Assembly: GCA_013239625.1 (NCBI GenBank)
Contig: MU053652.1
Location: 4,019,902-4,083,901 of the forward strand
Direction: 5' to 3'
Source of the DNA: Lama guanicoe
Lineage: Eukaryota
DNA: 64,000 nucleotides
Part shown: piece by piece, positions 13,701 to 28,030 of the stretch
How the letters are laid out: every line of letters starts with the position of its first letter
Numbering within the stretch: the stretch's first letter is position 1
Position numbers and translations under genes: made by a program
Notes under the pieces: generated by a model
Database searches by the model: none
What the model was told of the DNA's origin: nothing
The model's input: only the letters and a program-made list of their open reading frames with translations

Positions 13701-13746
13701 TGGAGTTCTATTCCTTAAAACTTCTTCTGGCTTGAGTTACAGGAAC
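10740..13746 (-). other. AHCYL2: AHCYL2 3'UTR (about 3 kb, 3' end approximate)
   Basis: Repeat-poor stretch after the stop, ending in a cluster of minus-strand AATAAA at 11231-11236, 11003-11008, 10863-10868 and 10759-10764. Confidence 0.7.
10759..10764 (-). terminator. Most distal candidate AHCYL2 polyadenylation signal AATAAA
   Basis: tttatt on + strand; last of the cluster. Confidence 0.55.
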
Positions 13747-13753
13747 TTAATAC
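13747..13753 (-). CDS. AHCYL2: AHCYL2 last exon (17), coding part: completes Arg, Tyr, stop
   Basis: tttccctacag|G TAT TAA; completes the family-typical ...YYRY C-terminus. Confidence 0.92.
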
Positions 13754-14058
13754 CTGTAGGGAAAAAGAAAGATGAGACTGGATGTTATCAGCTTGTGGGG
13801 ATGCTGGGACATGAAGAGCCTGCCTAAAGGTGTAACGGGGAGGTAGGGACTTTTCTGCAGTGTATGGTGAGAGGAGCTAAATGGACTTTTTCACATCAAT
13901 GAAAAAGGCCAGGATTTCTCCACATAGAGATGAATATCACATCAAGAAGATGAAATGGCAAATTCAGGAAAAGGAACACTATTTAATGTCTGGAGAAGAC
14001 CTCAAAGAGTCCTTTACGGGGGGCAGTGATGGGGAGTGGGTTTATTTTTCTGAGTTCA

Positions 14059-14304
<246 letters not shown>

Positions 14305-14660
14305 TCAAGCCTCTTGCCTAGCAGTCCTCTTCAGCCTTAAAAAGTTGGAAAGCGCCTTCTAATTCTTGGAGCTAAATGAAAAAATATTCAACTTTTGCTT
14401 ACTGGACCTCAATTCTAAGAATGGTTGCTTGAGCCTAAGCTCAGTGCTCTTCAAAGTCCTAACATTTCTTCCTTACAAGCTGTTTCAGCCCTGAACCTTT
14501 CCTTCTCCCCAGAAAAGTGAGGGAGATGTGAAAGAAGCAATAGGCCTTAGAGTCTAAAATAAAGGATGGGAGAGTAGGGGGGGGGTCTAAAAAGCGAGAA
14601 GCTCCAACTGTAGTTCTACCTTGAACCCTATACTTTGGGTCACTCGGAAACAGACACCTG

Positions 14661-14845
14661 GGGGGAGGATATAGCTCAAGTACTAGAGCACATGCTTAGC
14701 ATGCACAAGGTCTTGGGTTCAATCTCCAGTACTTCCTCTAAAAATAAATAAATAAACCTAATTACCTCGTTCCTCAAAAAAATAAATCAATAAGAAAACT
14801 CAATAACAACTTTATAAAAAAGAAAGAAAGAAAGAAAGAAAGAAA
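14661..14845 (+). mobile_element. tRNA-Ala-derived SINE (camelid vic-1-like) with (GAAA)n tail
   Basis: tRNA head tatagctcaagt..tagagcacatgcttagcatgcacaaggtcttgggttcaatc; ACACCTG duplicated at 14654-14660 and 14851-14857. Confidence 0.85.
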
Positions 14846-15674
14846 CACTAACACCTGCGGAAATCCGAAAGGAGTGACCAAGGACACGACACTGTTTGCT
14901 TTGCTTTCACCACTCTTAGCTCTTATGGGTTTCTATTTTTACCTTTTCTTACCTGAATACATATTATTCAGAATTTTTGTGTCATTTCCTATGTATTTGT
15001 TTGGTCTCTCTAACTTCATTATACATTCAGTCAGAATATGGACTGTTCTATTTTTTAAAATCTTTCCAAAGTGCCTATTAAAGGGAGAATAGGTTGCCAA
15101 CTTCTAACAGTTGCTGTGCCTCTAATGCTAAAGCCAAACAAAACTAGAAGCTGATTTATGCCCTGATCTTTGGCTCGGAGTTTATAAACACACTGTAATC
15201 AGTTCAGGTGCTTGAGGCAGGTTCCTTAAAAATTTAAGACAGTTTAATGTTTCTCTTATACAAAACAGCCACGTAACTAAACTCTTAACAGCAGCTATTC
15301 AGAGTCTTTCCTTTGGCCTGAAACAACAGGGTCAGTGTTAGAAAGCGTAGAATGAAAGTCTTCTTGGTCTGAGGACAGTCTGGTAGGGGCTATCTGGCAG
15401 CCTAGAGCTGGAACCAGTCAGATGTCACAAGGTAGGAGACGATTCTTCTCTCTCGGGGTGGGGGAGGAATTTTTTTCCTTTGAGATTCTTTTCTTGTATA
15501 ATAGACACTTTGGGAAAATCCTTAAAACTCACAGGCAGGTACACTAAATCATAGCACAGTGTCGTGACTTGCTTAGGATAACCTGTTTGAAAAATGCGCC
15601 AAATCAACTAGGGCTGGAATCTAGGAATTCTAGCTCCCACTTTATAAGATGAAGATAACTTTTTTCTATCTCTA

Positions 15675-15836
<162 letters not shown>

Positions 15837-15958
15837 CTAGAAAAGCAGAGAGACAGATGCTGACATGCCATTCACAGCAACCCACCTCTTACCAAATGAA
15901 ACCCTGATGGGCTAATGACCCTCTCCAGCCCACTGCTTCCCCACTATGGGGGCCTTAC

Positions 15959-16027
15959 CTGAGTAGTGGCTGTGATGGAGAGCACAAAGGTAGGCACTGT
16001 GGAGCAGCTGAGGTTCAGCAGACGGCC
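15959..16027 (-). CDS. AHCYL2: AHCYL2 exon 14 GRLLNLSCSTVPTFVLSITATTQ
   Basis: ctag|GGC ... CAG|gtaagg; 69 nt. Confidence 0.96.
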
Positions 16028-17631
16028 CTAGAGGGCAAGGCGTGACACACAAATGGGTTGGTTAAATGAAGTCTTTGGCTTTGAGAAGCGAGGGAAGAAC
16101 ACCACTGCCATTTTCCAAATACTTCCCAACTACTATGCTGGACAAAAAGCAGGTATTCAATCAATAGAAATGAATCAATTGACATTTAAGTGAAATGTTA
16201 ACAAAATTCTGGAAAATCTGATGAAGGTAGTAAGTTAAAAGATCTCTGGGACTATTTCAGGGGGTATATCTTCTGTGTGTTTTGAAGGAGGTGAGTTCTG
16301 TATGTGCCTTGCAGGACTGTAATTCAAAAATAGGAATCTTTGGCTGCAGAAAAGTTTTTTTCTTTTTAATGAAATGATAGGAAGTAATTTTTTTTTGCTA
16401 ACATTAAAATTATAACTTTTTGAAAGATATCAGATTTTCCTGAAGTAAAATCTGATAGTTCTAAATTAAAAAAAAAAAAGAGAGAAAAAGAAAGAACTAG
16501 AAATGGTCACATGACCCTGAGGCTTATGCCAAGGAAGGGTGTATTTCTCTTGAATTTTCTATTTTCTACAACAGAATATCTTCCTTCTGATGCATTGCTA
16601 TTCCTTTGAAAAGCTGTCTTAAACAATGATCTGGTCAAATCCAAGGACAATCTCTCCAGGTTGTGATGGAGATATATTTTGATTTAGGAAGCTGTAAGGA
16701 TTTCTGTGCTTCTTCCTCAATTTGGTTCTCCTGAATCCAGGACAGCCATGTATTTCGAGTGGGTGACTCAGAGAGTTAGAAGAACTAGAAACTTCTTCCA
16801 ATGCCATCCTTTCCTACTTTATTTCCTAGGAAGCTTGATTACCTTTTTTGCTCAACATAGTAGCCAAAAACAACTGTGTTAGTTGCTTTTGTCACCAAAA
16901 TTGCTAGACAGGGCCTCTCAGGGCAACTAGAAATAAGTCATCAGACAGTGGGCTGACATTAAAGCAATTAATGAATATTTATCAACCTGCCCATTCCCTC
17001 CCTGTACATCCTTCTTTACAGATGCCCTGAAGTCTTTGAGAAGGTGAGATAAGGTGAGGAAAGGTGAAGAGAACAGGAAAAATACTCAAACATAAATTTA
17101 AGCATCCCTAGATGAAGACAGTATATGCTTTACATTTTCATATTCAGTTTCTTTAATTGAAAAAAACAATGAAAATCAAAATTCAAGGAAAGTATTACTA
17201 TCCTCCTTGTTATCTTGGTATCTTTCCCTGAAGAAGAGAAAGTATCAATGTAAAAACAGAGGGCAGTGTTAGAGCTGTCAGGAATCTAGGACAGGGAAGA
17301 GACACTGTCAAGAAAGGAAAAGTGGCTAAATATTGACATGGAAGTCTAAGTGGAAAGAAAGTCAAGAGTAAGGCTGAGCTAGAAGAAGCCGAGGGGGAAG
17401 TATCAGCCATGCAACCGATGTATAGCTGGGTATCTACTATACTTCTGGCTCAGCTTAGGGGAATGGACACTCAAAAACAGGGGATCTATTAGCAAAGACA
17501 TGACCTTCCCAGAGTTTGCTTAAGATTGTCTGAGTCACAGTCAGGAATATCTACTTTGTGCTTACTGATTAAACCATCCCACAAATGACATTATCTCTTT
17601 GTAAGCATCGCTCAAAGTGGCATTGGTTCTA

Positions 17632-18201
<570 letters not shown>

Positions 18202-19189
18202 TCAGGATGTCATTCCACAACATATACTGTACGCCCACTGACTGCTGAGCACTGTAAAAGGTGCTATGGGAAATACAAAAGAAACCAAAGACATGGTTTC
18301 TGCCTTCAAAAAGCTTGTACTGTAGTTGGGGACACAAAACAATACATATGTGAGGGGATAAAAGCCTTTAATACTTACAAAGCAACATGCAAACAAGTGC
18401 AGATTAATACGGTGCAAACTGAATACATAAGTGCTGAAGGGACACAGAAAAAAGGAGGGTCAGAGCTGAGTGAGATTAGTTAGAGAAGGCTTTATGTCCT
18501 ACAGGTAGCATGCCGGGGCCCAGGGTTCTGCCCTCATGTCCCAGTGTCCCAGGTTCCACCTTCTCAATGATGGTGGTTCACCCTAAAGATCAGAAGCTTT
18601 GTGACCTAAGTGCAAACGTGAGGTAGCCTTTAGAGAAATGCTTAATGGTGGAGTAAAGCTCCTGGTGGCTCACCCTCCATCCATTTCTGTATATTGTATA
18701 TTCCGAGAACAAGAGAAGAAATGTTAAGTTTATCAACAGCAGCAATCAAACAACAGTCACAGGGTTTAGACTTAAGATAGTAACTTCCTTCTTCCAAGAG
18801 GCAATGCCTAAATTAGAAAAGGAGTCTGTACTCTATGACTACCCACTGGCTCAAGTTGGTAAAACTGAGAAGTCCTGCCAAATAGTAGTTTGCAGATAAA
18901 TAAAGAGAAATACTTTAGTTATATAATAATCACTTACTGAGTACACATTATATTCTAGGCATTGTAGCAAAGGCACTATTATAGATAAGACTGTGGACTC
19001 CTCCCCTGGACTGTGAGCTATTTACGGACAGGGACTGTATCCTCCCAATCTAGTGGGAAAGACAGGCATGTAATTATATTTCATTATATTCAGAACTTTA
19101 TTAGTGGTCTGGACCACTTCTTTATTAGGTAGATGAGAAATATAAAATCTCTTGAGATGTCAAGTTTCACAAATTGGTTCAACTTTTCT

Positions 19190-19600
19190 AAAGGGCAATT
19201 GGGCTAACAAAATTTTATATATACCTAATCTTTAACTAAACAAATTCACTTTTAAGGCTCTATCCTATGGAAGTAGTTGCTTAAGTTCAGAAACGTAAGT
19301 GCCCAAGAATGTTCAACCCAGTATTATTTGTAATAGCAAAAATGTAAGTCAACAAGGGAATGTCTAGGTAAATCAGGATAATTCCATATAACAGAATAGC
19401 ATGCAATTCTTAACAAATAAAGAAGTAGATCTGTATGTGTTAACATGAAGACCATACGTTATTGTTAGGTGAAAAAAATCAAGTTGCAGAAATAACATAC
19501 TATAATCTCAATTTTGTGAATTTTTAATTTCTTACTTTAAACATATTTATAGTTTGAATTGTAAACTAAGCAAGTATTACTTGAAAATTAGAATTTAAAA
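19190..19600 (+). mobile_element. Old L1 3' fragment (L1ME-like)
   Basis: caagaatgttca...ttatttgtaatagcaaaa...ataattccatataacagaatagcatgcaatt. Confidence 0.55.
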
Positions 19601-21227
19601 AAGAAATTTTACAAATAAACACTGTAAATAAAGTTTAAAAGAATTTTAGCAAACAGACCATTTTGGGAAGTTAAGGACATACAAAGTAAATTATTCAGCC
19701 TTTAGAAATATCACCATGAAGGGCCATAACCATGTAGAGCCAAGAGACACTTCTCGGTGACATTGACAATTTTTTATTGAGATGATGGGACTTTAAAGGA
19801 TTTCAAGTTCTTAGTGTTTCACAGTCCTAATCTTCCATTGGACAAGCAATCTTGGTGACTGGGAGTAAAGAGCTGACACAATGATTAACAAAATCTCCCG
19901 TCTTAGGAAGGATTTCCTGGGAAAAAAAGATACGGTGGAATCAAGGAAAGGGCACTTCCTATGAACATCATAAAATAATCAATGCTTAGTAGAAGTGGTT
20001 TACTAGAGCACTGGGATGGCTATGATGCAAGCAAAAGACCTGAGGGTTTAAAATGGGGTTTGAAGAGAAACTTGGTTATCTCTAGCACTGCCCAAGCAGC
20101 CCCAATAACCTATTAAAGTCTACTTGGTAGTTACACTCCTTGAGAGAAGGGTTTCCCATGGCTAGCACAGTTTTACAGGAATTCCTCTTAAAGACATCCA
20201 ATTGTCTTTTCTGTGGATTTACAATCACTAAGCAATCTACCAGGAAACAGGTTCCCTAAGTTCCCTAAGGTTCCCTTTCCCCAACTAGGTGTACCTCCCA
20301 CTGTGGTTCTGGTCCTGCGAAGCACAGAGTCAGCAGCAAGTCTCAGGTTGTAATTCTTCAGTTGGCAAAAACTTTTAAAGCATGTGCACATAATGGTTTA
20401 ACTACTTGAGCTGTGAAGCTGACAATCATACAGGCTGTCTGTGTGATACATATGGGTAAGCAGGTCTCTTTTCAAGAGAAAGGAAGTATGTGAAAGGCTT
20501 GCCAAAAGGCAGCTAAGAGCACAATTCCTATCGCAGGTTCCGTAAGTATTCATGGTATCATTTCTCAGAAAAAAATACCTAAATGACTGATGTTTTCCAT
20601 GAGCTATTCCTTCCTAAAAATGCCGTAGTCAGTATCTCAAGGTTAGGTAAACTGTATATTTCAAACAAAAAAGACCCTTAAATTTTTGATTACTAAAAAT
20701 ATCTGGATAAAAATTTACCAGATCATTCTCCTTTGCAATTTGGCTGAGTTAACTTACAATGACTCTCCTCCCTTTTTATCACACTCTGCATCCAATTTAT
20801 TTAGCAAATCCCACTGGTCCTACCTTCACTTCTTGTCACCTCCACTGTTTACCCAGCTAATCCACGCTACCACTTTCTGTTGCTGGAAATACTGAAAGAG
20901 CTTCCTATCGTCCCTATGACCACTCAAGCTCCAGGAGTGTTTTCCTCATACAACAGCCGGGGTAATTTTTAAAAACATAAGTCAGGTTTTGTCAGTCACC
21001 TACTCAAAACATTCCAATGGCATCATTTGTATCCAGAATAAAATCTAAAGTCCATAGCATGGCATATAAAGTCACCTGCTACCTCCTTGCTGCCTCTTAT
21101 TCTCAGTGGCATCTTTTCTGTTCCTCAAACACATCAAGGACGTTTCTACTTCATGATCTTTAACTAACCATTCTCTCTGAATAGAATGCTCAGATGGCTT
21201 GCTCCTTCAATTCATTCAAGTTTTGTT

Positions 21228-21689
21228 TTTTTTTTAAACAGACAAGCACAGAGTCACTGTTGTGGTTAGAAGTTGGCAGCATGGGAAAGGGGAGGAACAG
21301 ATGGGGAATTGAGGTGTCGTTAAATACAGCCCCCCCCCACAGCAGTGCCTGGGGGAGACTTGGTCTGCTTCAACCCAAGAGGAATCAGGAGGTCAAAAGT
21401 GGTTTGGGAAGCCAGAACCATCAGGGATGGAGGGAGGAGGAGGAAGGTCCAGGGTGGGGTTGGGGGCTGTTTGGCAACTAGGGTGAAGGGCCTGCCCTCT
21501 CCCTGCTGGGATCCCCCTAGCCCTTCTGGTCTGGAAGGAAGCAAGCAGTCTGCAACCCCCATGGGCAGGTCTGGGGCTGCCAGATGCTTTAGGCAGGGGG
21601 CTGTAGGGGTTCACAAAGGCTTGCCCTCCAGGGAGATGATTGCGCTGCCCCCACCCCACCGGCTTCTCTGCCAGAATGCAGTGGTCCTT
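21228..21689 (-). pseudogene. CFL1: CFL1 (cofilin-1) processed fragment: last codons, 3'UTR and poly(A) (3' part of the chimera)
   Basis: Translates KDHCILAEK..(frameshift)..GSAIISLEGKPL* (TGA 21613-21611) versus cofilin-1 KDRCTLAEKLGGSAVISLEGKPL*; 3'UTR ending CTGCCAACTTCTAACC...GTGACTCTGTGCTTGTCTGTTT then A-tail. Confidence 0.88.
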
Positions 21690-21785
21690 AAAAATATGAA
21701 ATGGTTCAGGAGTTTCTGTGTCATCCTTGCACAGGGGCTATGCTAATCTCAGTATTTTTAGCATACGTGCTGCTGAAGCGAGCAC
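21690..21785 (-). pseudogene. RNU6: U6 snRNA retrocopy (5' part of a chimera), degenerate
   Basis: Reverse complement GTGCTCGCTTCAGCAGCACGTATGCTAAAAATACTGAGATTAGCATAGCCCCTGTGCAAGGATGACACAGAAACTCCTGAACCATTTCATATTTTT aligns end to end with U6, with an internal deletion and a broken ACAGAGA box. Confidence 0.93.
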
Positions 21786-22644
21786 TCATTCAGGTTTTTG
21801 TTCAGATGTTCCCTCCTCAAAGATACCTTCTTTGATCACTCTAACTAGATAGGTTCCTCAATGTCCTCACCCTTCTGCTATTCTTCAGTATTAGGCACTA
21901 ACTGACAATAACTGTCTACTTAGTAACTGTTTCCCACACTAGAATATAAGCAAGAAAGTAGGCATTATTGTTCACTGCTATTTCTTCAGCCAATTAGTAC
22001 TTAGCACAGAGCAGAGCAAGTATTCAATACAAATTTGCTAAGTAGTGAATGAACATTCCGGATTCAATGATTAGTTGAGCCTGCTCTTTCCTTAAATTTC
22101 ATTTTACATGCCCTGTGACACTACCATCCAAGGTTGAGTAATTTAACATTTTCAAAGCTGTTCTGAACATGTCCCTTTCTGGACCATTTAGTTTAGTCAT
22201 ACATTTTCTGCTAAGAAGAGCACAGACAGTTGAAAGATGGCTCTTGGCTAGTGTCAGTGGCAGATACTAGTGCTACTAGCAACACCTGCAAAAGTAGGTC
22301 TAATCTCACCACAGAAGCCAGGCTGATCCTTTTAAAACAAAAAATCATCCTTTTAAAACAGAAGTCAGAAATCCTATAATGGCTCCCTATTCCTCTCCAG
22401 ACACAATGAGGAGTTCTTACCATGGCCCCCCATAAGATCTGGCTCATTACCTCTGACCTCATCTTCCATTCTTCCCTGCCCCATGCTCTTCCGTTCCAGC
22501 CACACTGGCCTCATTGCTGCTCCTCAGACTAGGCACACTGGCACCTTAGGGCATTTGCTCTGGCTGCTGTTCCCTTGTCTTGAAATGTTCTTCATCTAAA
22601 AGTCAACATGGCTAATTCCTTCAGATTTGCTCAACCATCACCTT

Positions 22645-22762
22645 TTTTTTCTTTTTGGTTGGATTTTTATTTTATTTTATTTTAATAGAGGTGCCGAGGA
22701 TTGAACCCCAGATCTTGTGCATGCTAAGCATGCGCTCTACCACTGAGCTATACCCTCTACCC
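22645..22762 (-). mobile_element. tRNA-Ala-derived SINE (camelid vic-1-like)
   Basis: Reverse tRNA head and T-rich tail; perfect 13-bp TSD CAACCATCACCTT at 22632-22644 and 22763-22775. Confidence 0.9.
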
Positions 22763-24698
22763 CAACCATCACCTTCTTAATGAGGCTTATTAAGCCTCAT
22801 TAAAATTATAACCCTCTCTTTAAAATTATAACCCAGCACTCTTGATCCTCATTACCATGCTCTATTTTTTCTTTTATCCATGGTGTTTTCGTCTTCTAAC
22901 ACACTATAAATTCTACTTATTATATTTATTATTCTTCTTCTCAGTAAAATATAAACTCCATGGGGGCAGGAATCTTTTCCTATTTTGTGCACTGATCCTA
23001 AGCATGCAGAATAGCACCTGGCATATAGTAATCACACAATACATATTTGTGATGGGAGGTAAAGAGGCTCTTGGATTTTATCCTGAGAGATTACTTATGT
23101 CTGGGCTGCCTTTGGAGGAAAGATTAACATCACAATTTGAAGTTAATCTAAAAAAGCATGAGAAGATAATAGTATAACACATAGGAAAACAAGAACAAAA
23201 AAACTGGACTGGAAGTCAAAAAACACGGATTTTGGGCATCAATTTCATTTTGGAACCAACGGCTATGACTGAACAATGCACTTAAGCTTTAGAGTTTCCC
23301 AATCGAAAATCAGGAATAAAAATAATGCCTCATGGGATGGTCAAGAGGTCAAAATGAGATAAAGTAAAGGTATAAAAATCACATGATTGCATTTGGAATT
23401 ATTTTTATTTTAGAGCTTCTTGAGGGTTTAGAAGAGAAAATTTCTTCCCCTTTCCCTTATACAGAAGATTTCTCTTTAGGGCTCAGAGCATGACTACCTC
23501 CCTTTAAGCCTTTTCCATCTGGGGGCTCTATAAGTGGACTAATCCAGAAAAGGAAAATCATGGGCTAGATAGTTTTAGAAATATTAATATCTTTGACCAT
23601 TTAATAAAGGGGCAGTATGGTATATAAGTGGAACTTAAAAAACAAAGACAAACAACCCCCTCCACCAAAACCAAAATAGAAAACTAAATTAATTATTCTT
23701 TATAAGCAAAATATCACAGTAAAGACAGAGTAATGGAGCCATGCCACTCAAAAACCTCGAGGGTAGCAATAGGCTCTGGTAGGTTGTTTTCACAGCTATT
23801 TTTAATAACAGAAGAATAGAGCACAGAGTTAAAAAGAGAAACCATTTAAAATAGACACCCAACAGGTTCTCAGTATATCAACCGATCCTTACCTGGCCAT
23901 GCTGAAGCTCAATCAGAGCAGCCCTCAGTGGAGATGAAAGCATGCTTTGCTTGAGCCATTTACCCAGAGAGAAATACAGTTGTGCCAGAAAAATGCCAGA
24001 AAAATTTAAAACCAGAGTGAAAGTCACAATGAGACATACTTTGGTAAGTCTGAAAAGAAATAAATAACACTTCTATTAACTATTACTTGGGCAACTTAGT
24101 AGGACCGAGTGTTATGTTGGATTGGAAAATTTTACGGTGGATATAATAAAATTAGAGAACCAAAGTGACAGATTTTCTAAGTTTGAGGAACACATGCTAC
24201 TGAATCGCTTGTCACACCTATGGATGCAATTACTATAGTTTGGAACATATGTTAAGGGGAGATCTAGACCCATGAAAGAGGGAGAGAAAAGGGAAACCAC
24301 CATATTTGACAGTCAGTCCTAAGCAGTGTTCTCATCCCAGCCCATAGATTTTCCTCCCTTGACTTGTTTCCTTGGACCAACCTACTTATTTCATCTTCAT
24401 GGTAAAGTCAAATATTCCACAAATACTGACTAGCAATACTGACTCACATTTGTTGCTTCCTTTTTGTAGTTTTGAGTCTACCGAGCTCTTAATCCTATAT
24501 ATAAAGATAAAATGGCTTAGAGTATAAGTAGGTATCAAGCTTAGGTGGAAAACAAGAATCATTTGAAATGATTAAGTTGAGATGAAGAAGTTTTACCGAT
24601 TCCATAAGCACAGGCCATAAGGCTTGTAAGTGAACAGCTCTGCCAGGACAGTCATGTTTAGGATGACTGGTGACCCTGCTATTTCTTCTTCTGGCTTA

Positions 24699-24857
<159 letters not shown>

Positions 24858-24870
24858 TTAAAAACAGAAG

Positions 24871-25696
24871 AGATACCCACATGAAAAAGAATGAAGTTGG
24901 ACCTCTACCTCACACCATATGTAAATTTAACTTAAAATGGATCAGAGACCTAAATGTAAGAGCTAAAACTATAAAAGTTTAGCTGAGCATACGAATAAAT
25001 CTTTGTGACCTGAGTTAAGCAGTGGTTTCTTAGGTATAATACCTAAAGCACAAGGAACCAAAGAAAAAACAAAATAAATTGGACTACACTGAAATTGAAA
25101 AACTTTCGCGCTGCAAATGATACCACCAAGAAAGTGAAAAGACAACCTAAAGAATGGGACAAAATATTTGCAAATGATATATCTGATATATGGAATATTA
25201 TAAAATGGAATACTATTCAGCAATAAAAAGAATGAAACACTCATACATGCTATAACATGCATGAACCCTGAAAATATTATGCTAGGTAAAAAAAGCCAGT
25301 CACAAAAGACCACATGTTGTATGATTCTGTTCATATGAAATATCTAGAATAAGCAAATATACAGAGACAGAGAATTTAATGGTAGCCTAGGGCTGGGGAA
25401 AGACGGAGGGTAGACTGAGGAATGACTGCTGATAGTATGCGGTTTCTTTTTGAAATGATAGAAATGTTCTGGAATTAGATAATGGGATGTTGTACAATTT
25501 TACTAAAAATCACTGAACTGTATACTTTAAAAGGGTGACTCTGATGATATCTGAATTACATCTCAGTAAAAAAAAATTAGACTGTGGTGATGGTTGTATA
25601 ACCCTTTGAATTTGCTAGAAAATGCTGAATTATACACTTAAAATGAGTGAAATGTGTGGTAAGTGAATTATATCTCAATAAAGCTATTAAAAAAAA
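24871..25696 (+). mobile_element. L1 3' fragment (L1MB-like), internally deleted, with two 3' ends
   Basis: aaagaatgaagttggacctctacctcacaccatat...aaaatggatcagagacctaaatgtaagagctaaaactataaaa; ends aattatatctcaataaagct + A-tail. Confidence 0.85.
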
Positions 25697-26285
25697 TTAT
25701 CGAGTGATTGATGTGAAGCAAGAATAGTTTCTTATGATCCCTCTTTGTCCCCAACTCTTCCTGAGGCTACAAATAATATTTTTATTCTTAAACATTATGA
25801 TTTTCTCCTCTAAAATAAAATTATAAAAGAAACCCAACATTCCAATGGTTTATGGTTCTAACATAAAGATAAAATAAGTATCTCAGTCCAAGGGAAGTAG
25901 CCATATCTATATATTCCTCTCTAAAACTCAAAATCTACCTCTTCGGGAATTAACACAACTACCATTCCCACTTTCTCTAACTAGGAAGAATTTTGCTCTA
26001 GCTTTGCTTTAATTATAGGGACTAGAGAGAAATATACATCACTTCTGGAAGTGAAATAAAAAACCAGCAAATGTACAAATGTAAGATCTGGCTTCCCAAA
26101 TAAAACTCATCTGTAGCCATCTCCCAGGTAGCTGAGGATGCACGGAGATATAGAACAGTTAAAAGGGCTGGAGAGAAATATTCCTGTAGAGATGGCATAA
26201 TGGTATACTTTTGGTCAGAGCTCTAAAAAGGCAGGAAGAATGTGAAAGGTTGACTAGCTTTCTGGATGACTATCTCTGGCTTTTA

Positions 26286-26474
<189 letters not shown>

Positions 26475-26719
26475 TTAACCCAAATAGGCAGCTGGGAAGC
26501 CTTTTGCCACACAACCTCAAAAACTATCACCCAAGTTCCTCTGGTACCTACATCACTTCTTGATATAGCTGGACTATTCTTAGCAGTGAAAAATTCAAAC
26601 CGTTTCCTTAGCTCATACAGGACAGAAATAAAAGGTTCTTTCGTATCACTGGAACCTAGTTCTTCCATGATAATAGGGAAGCAGGGTTAACCATGAGATT
26701 CTCCAATCAAGTTTCTAAA

Positions 26720-28030
26720 AAGTGCCATCTTACCTGAACCTACTGCCCCACTGAAGCTGCTCTCCCCAAGATCATCAATGATCTCCTGAATGTCAAGAAA
26801 AATTCTTTTCTTAGATTCTGATATTACTTGATTTCCCCTGCTACATTAAACATTATTTGTCTTCTTAAAACTCTATACTCTTTGGAGACCATGATACTGT
26901 TCTCTCTTGGTTTCCCTACTTTTCTGATTGTTCTTTCTTGATCTCAGTCAACCTTTAAATGTTGGTACTCGGTAGGGTACTCTTTTCTCTACCCTTTCAG
27001 CACTTAACCATTCCCTTCCCTTGGCTACAAATGATGCCTCACAGGTGGCTGATTTGCACATCGATATCTTTAGCTTAGCTCTATTCAAAGCTTCAGAGCC
27101 ATGGATCAAATTATCCACTGGATAACTCCTCCTGGTGTCCCACAAGGACCTCAAACTTACTGTGTTTGAAAATAAACTCATTTTCTTCCCCACACCACCA
27201 ACCTTATCTATCCCTTCTTCTATATTTTTTATCTTAATCAACAGCATTACTATTCACCCAACTGTACAAGCCAAATAAACTAGAATGTCCTAGCCTACTG
27301 CCTCTCCCTAATTAAAATTGTCACCAAATCTGGTTGATTCTTTTTCCTTAATATCTTAAAATTTCTTTGATCTGTCTCTTCTTCTTCATACATTCTGGTC
27401 TTATGTTTGGTCTTATTATTTCTTGCCTAGATTAGTACAGTAGCCCCTGGCCCAATTTCATCGCCTCTAGGTTTATGTCCCTCTAATTCATTTTGCAGAG
27501 TGATTTCCCTAAACACAATTTGGATCCTGTCACTCCCTTGCTTAAAATACTTCAGTGAGATTGACTGTTCTCAGGATAAGATTCAAATACTTATGTTAAT
27601 ATATGATTATACTGACATATGATCCCTACCTCAGGTGTTACCACTGCCCCAAATTTAACCTATAGGTCAGCTGCATTAAATAATTTCTTAAACATAAACA
27701 TGATGTGCTCTCTCCTTTCTAGGTGATCTTGCACATGTTCCTGGAGCTTATTCCTAAACTAAGAAATCATTTACATGTCTCAAGACTCAACTCCATCGAC
27801 ACTTCTTTCTACCTTGCCCCCTCACTCTTCAGTTAGATATTTCTCCTTTGTGCTCCTACAGAAGCATGTGACGTTCATCTCTATCACAGCACTTACTACA
27901 CTGCACAGTGATTATCTGTGTGCTTCTAAAAACAGGGACCTTGTCTCATTCACCTATACATCTTATTCATCCTCAGCACACGGCACAGAACCTAACACAG
28001 AATAAGTGATCAGTTCACATCTATAAGATA
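26720..28030 (+). mobile_element. L2 fragment
   Basis: aagctgctctccccaagatcatcaatgatctcc..., cctcaaacttactgtgtt, gtcactcccttgcttaaaa and an L2-type 3' end. Confidence 0.7.

Larger units (their letters stand above)
20740..23050 (+). mobile_element. L2 fragments interrupted by the U6-CFL1 chimera and a SINE
   Basis: L2 3' motifs (ctcaaaacattccaatggc, agaataaaatctaaagtcc, ctagaatataagc, agcacctggcatatagt). Confidence 0.65.

Noticed and set aside
21690..21785. Functional U6 snRNA gene
   Set aside because: Internal deletion, mutated ACAGAGA box, L2 sequence upstream instead of PSE/TATA, and retroposition hallmarks
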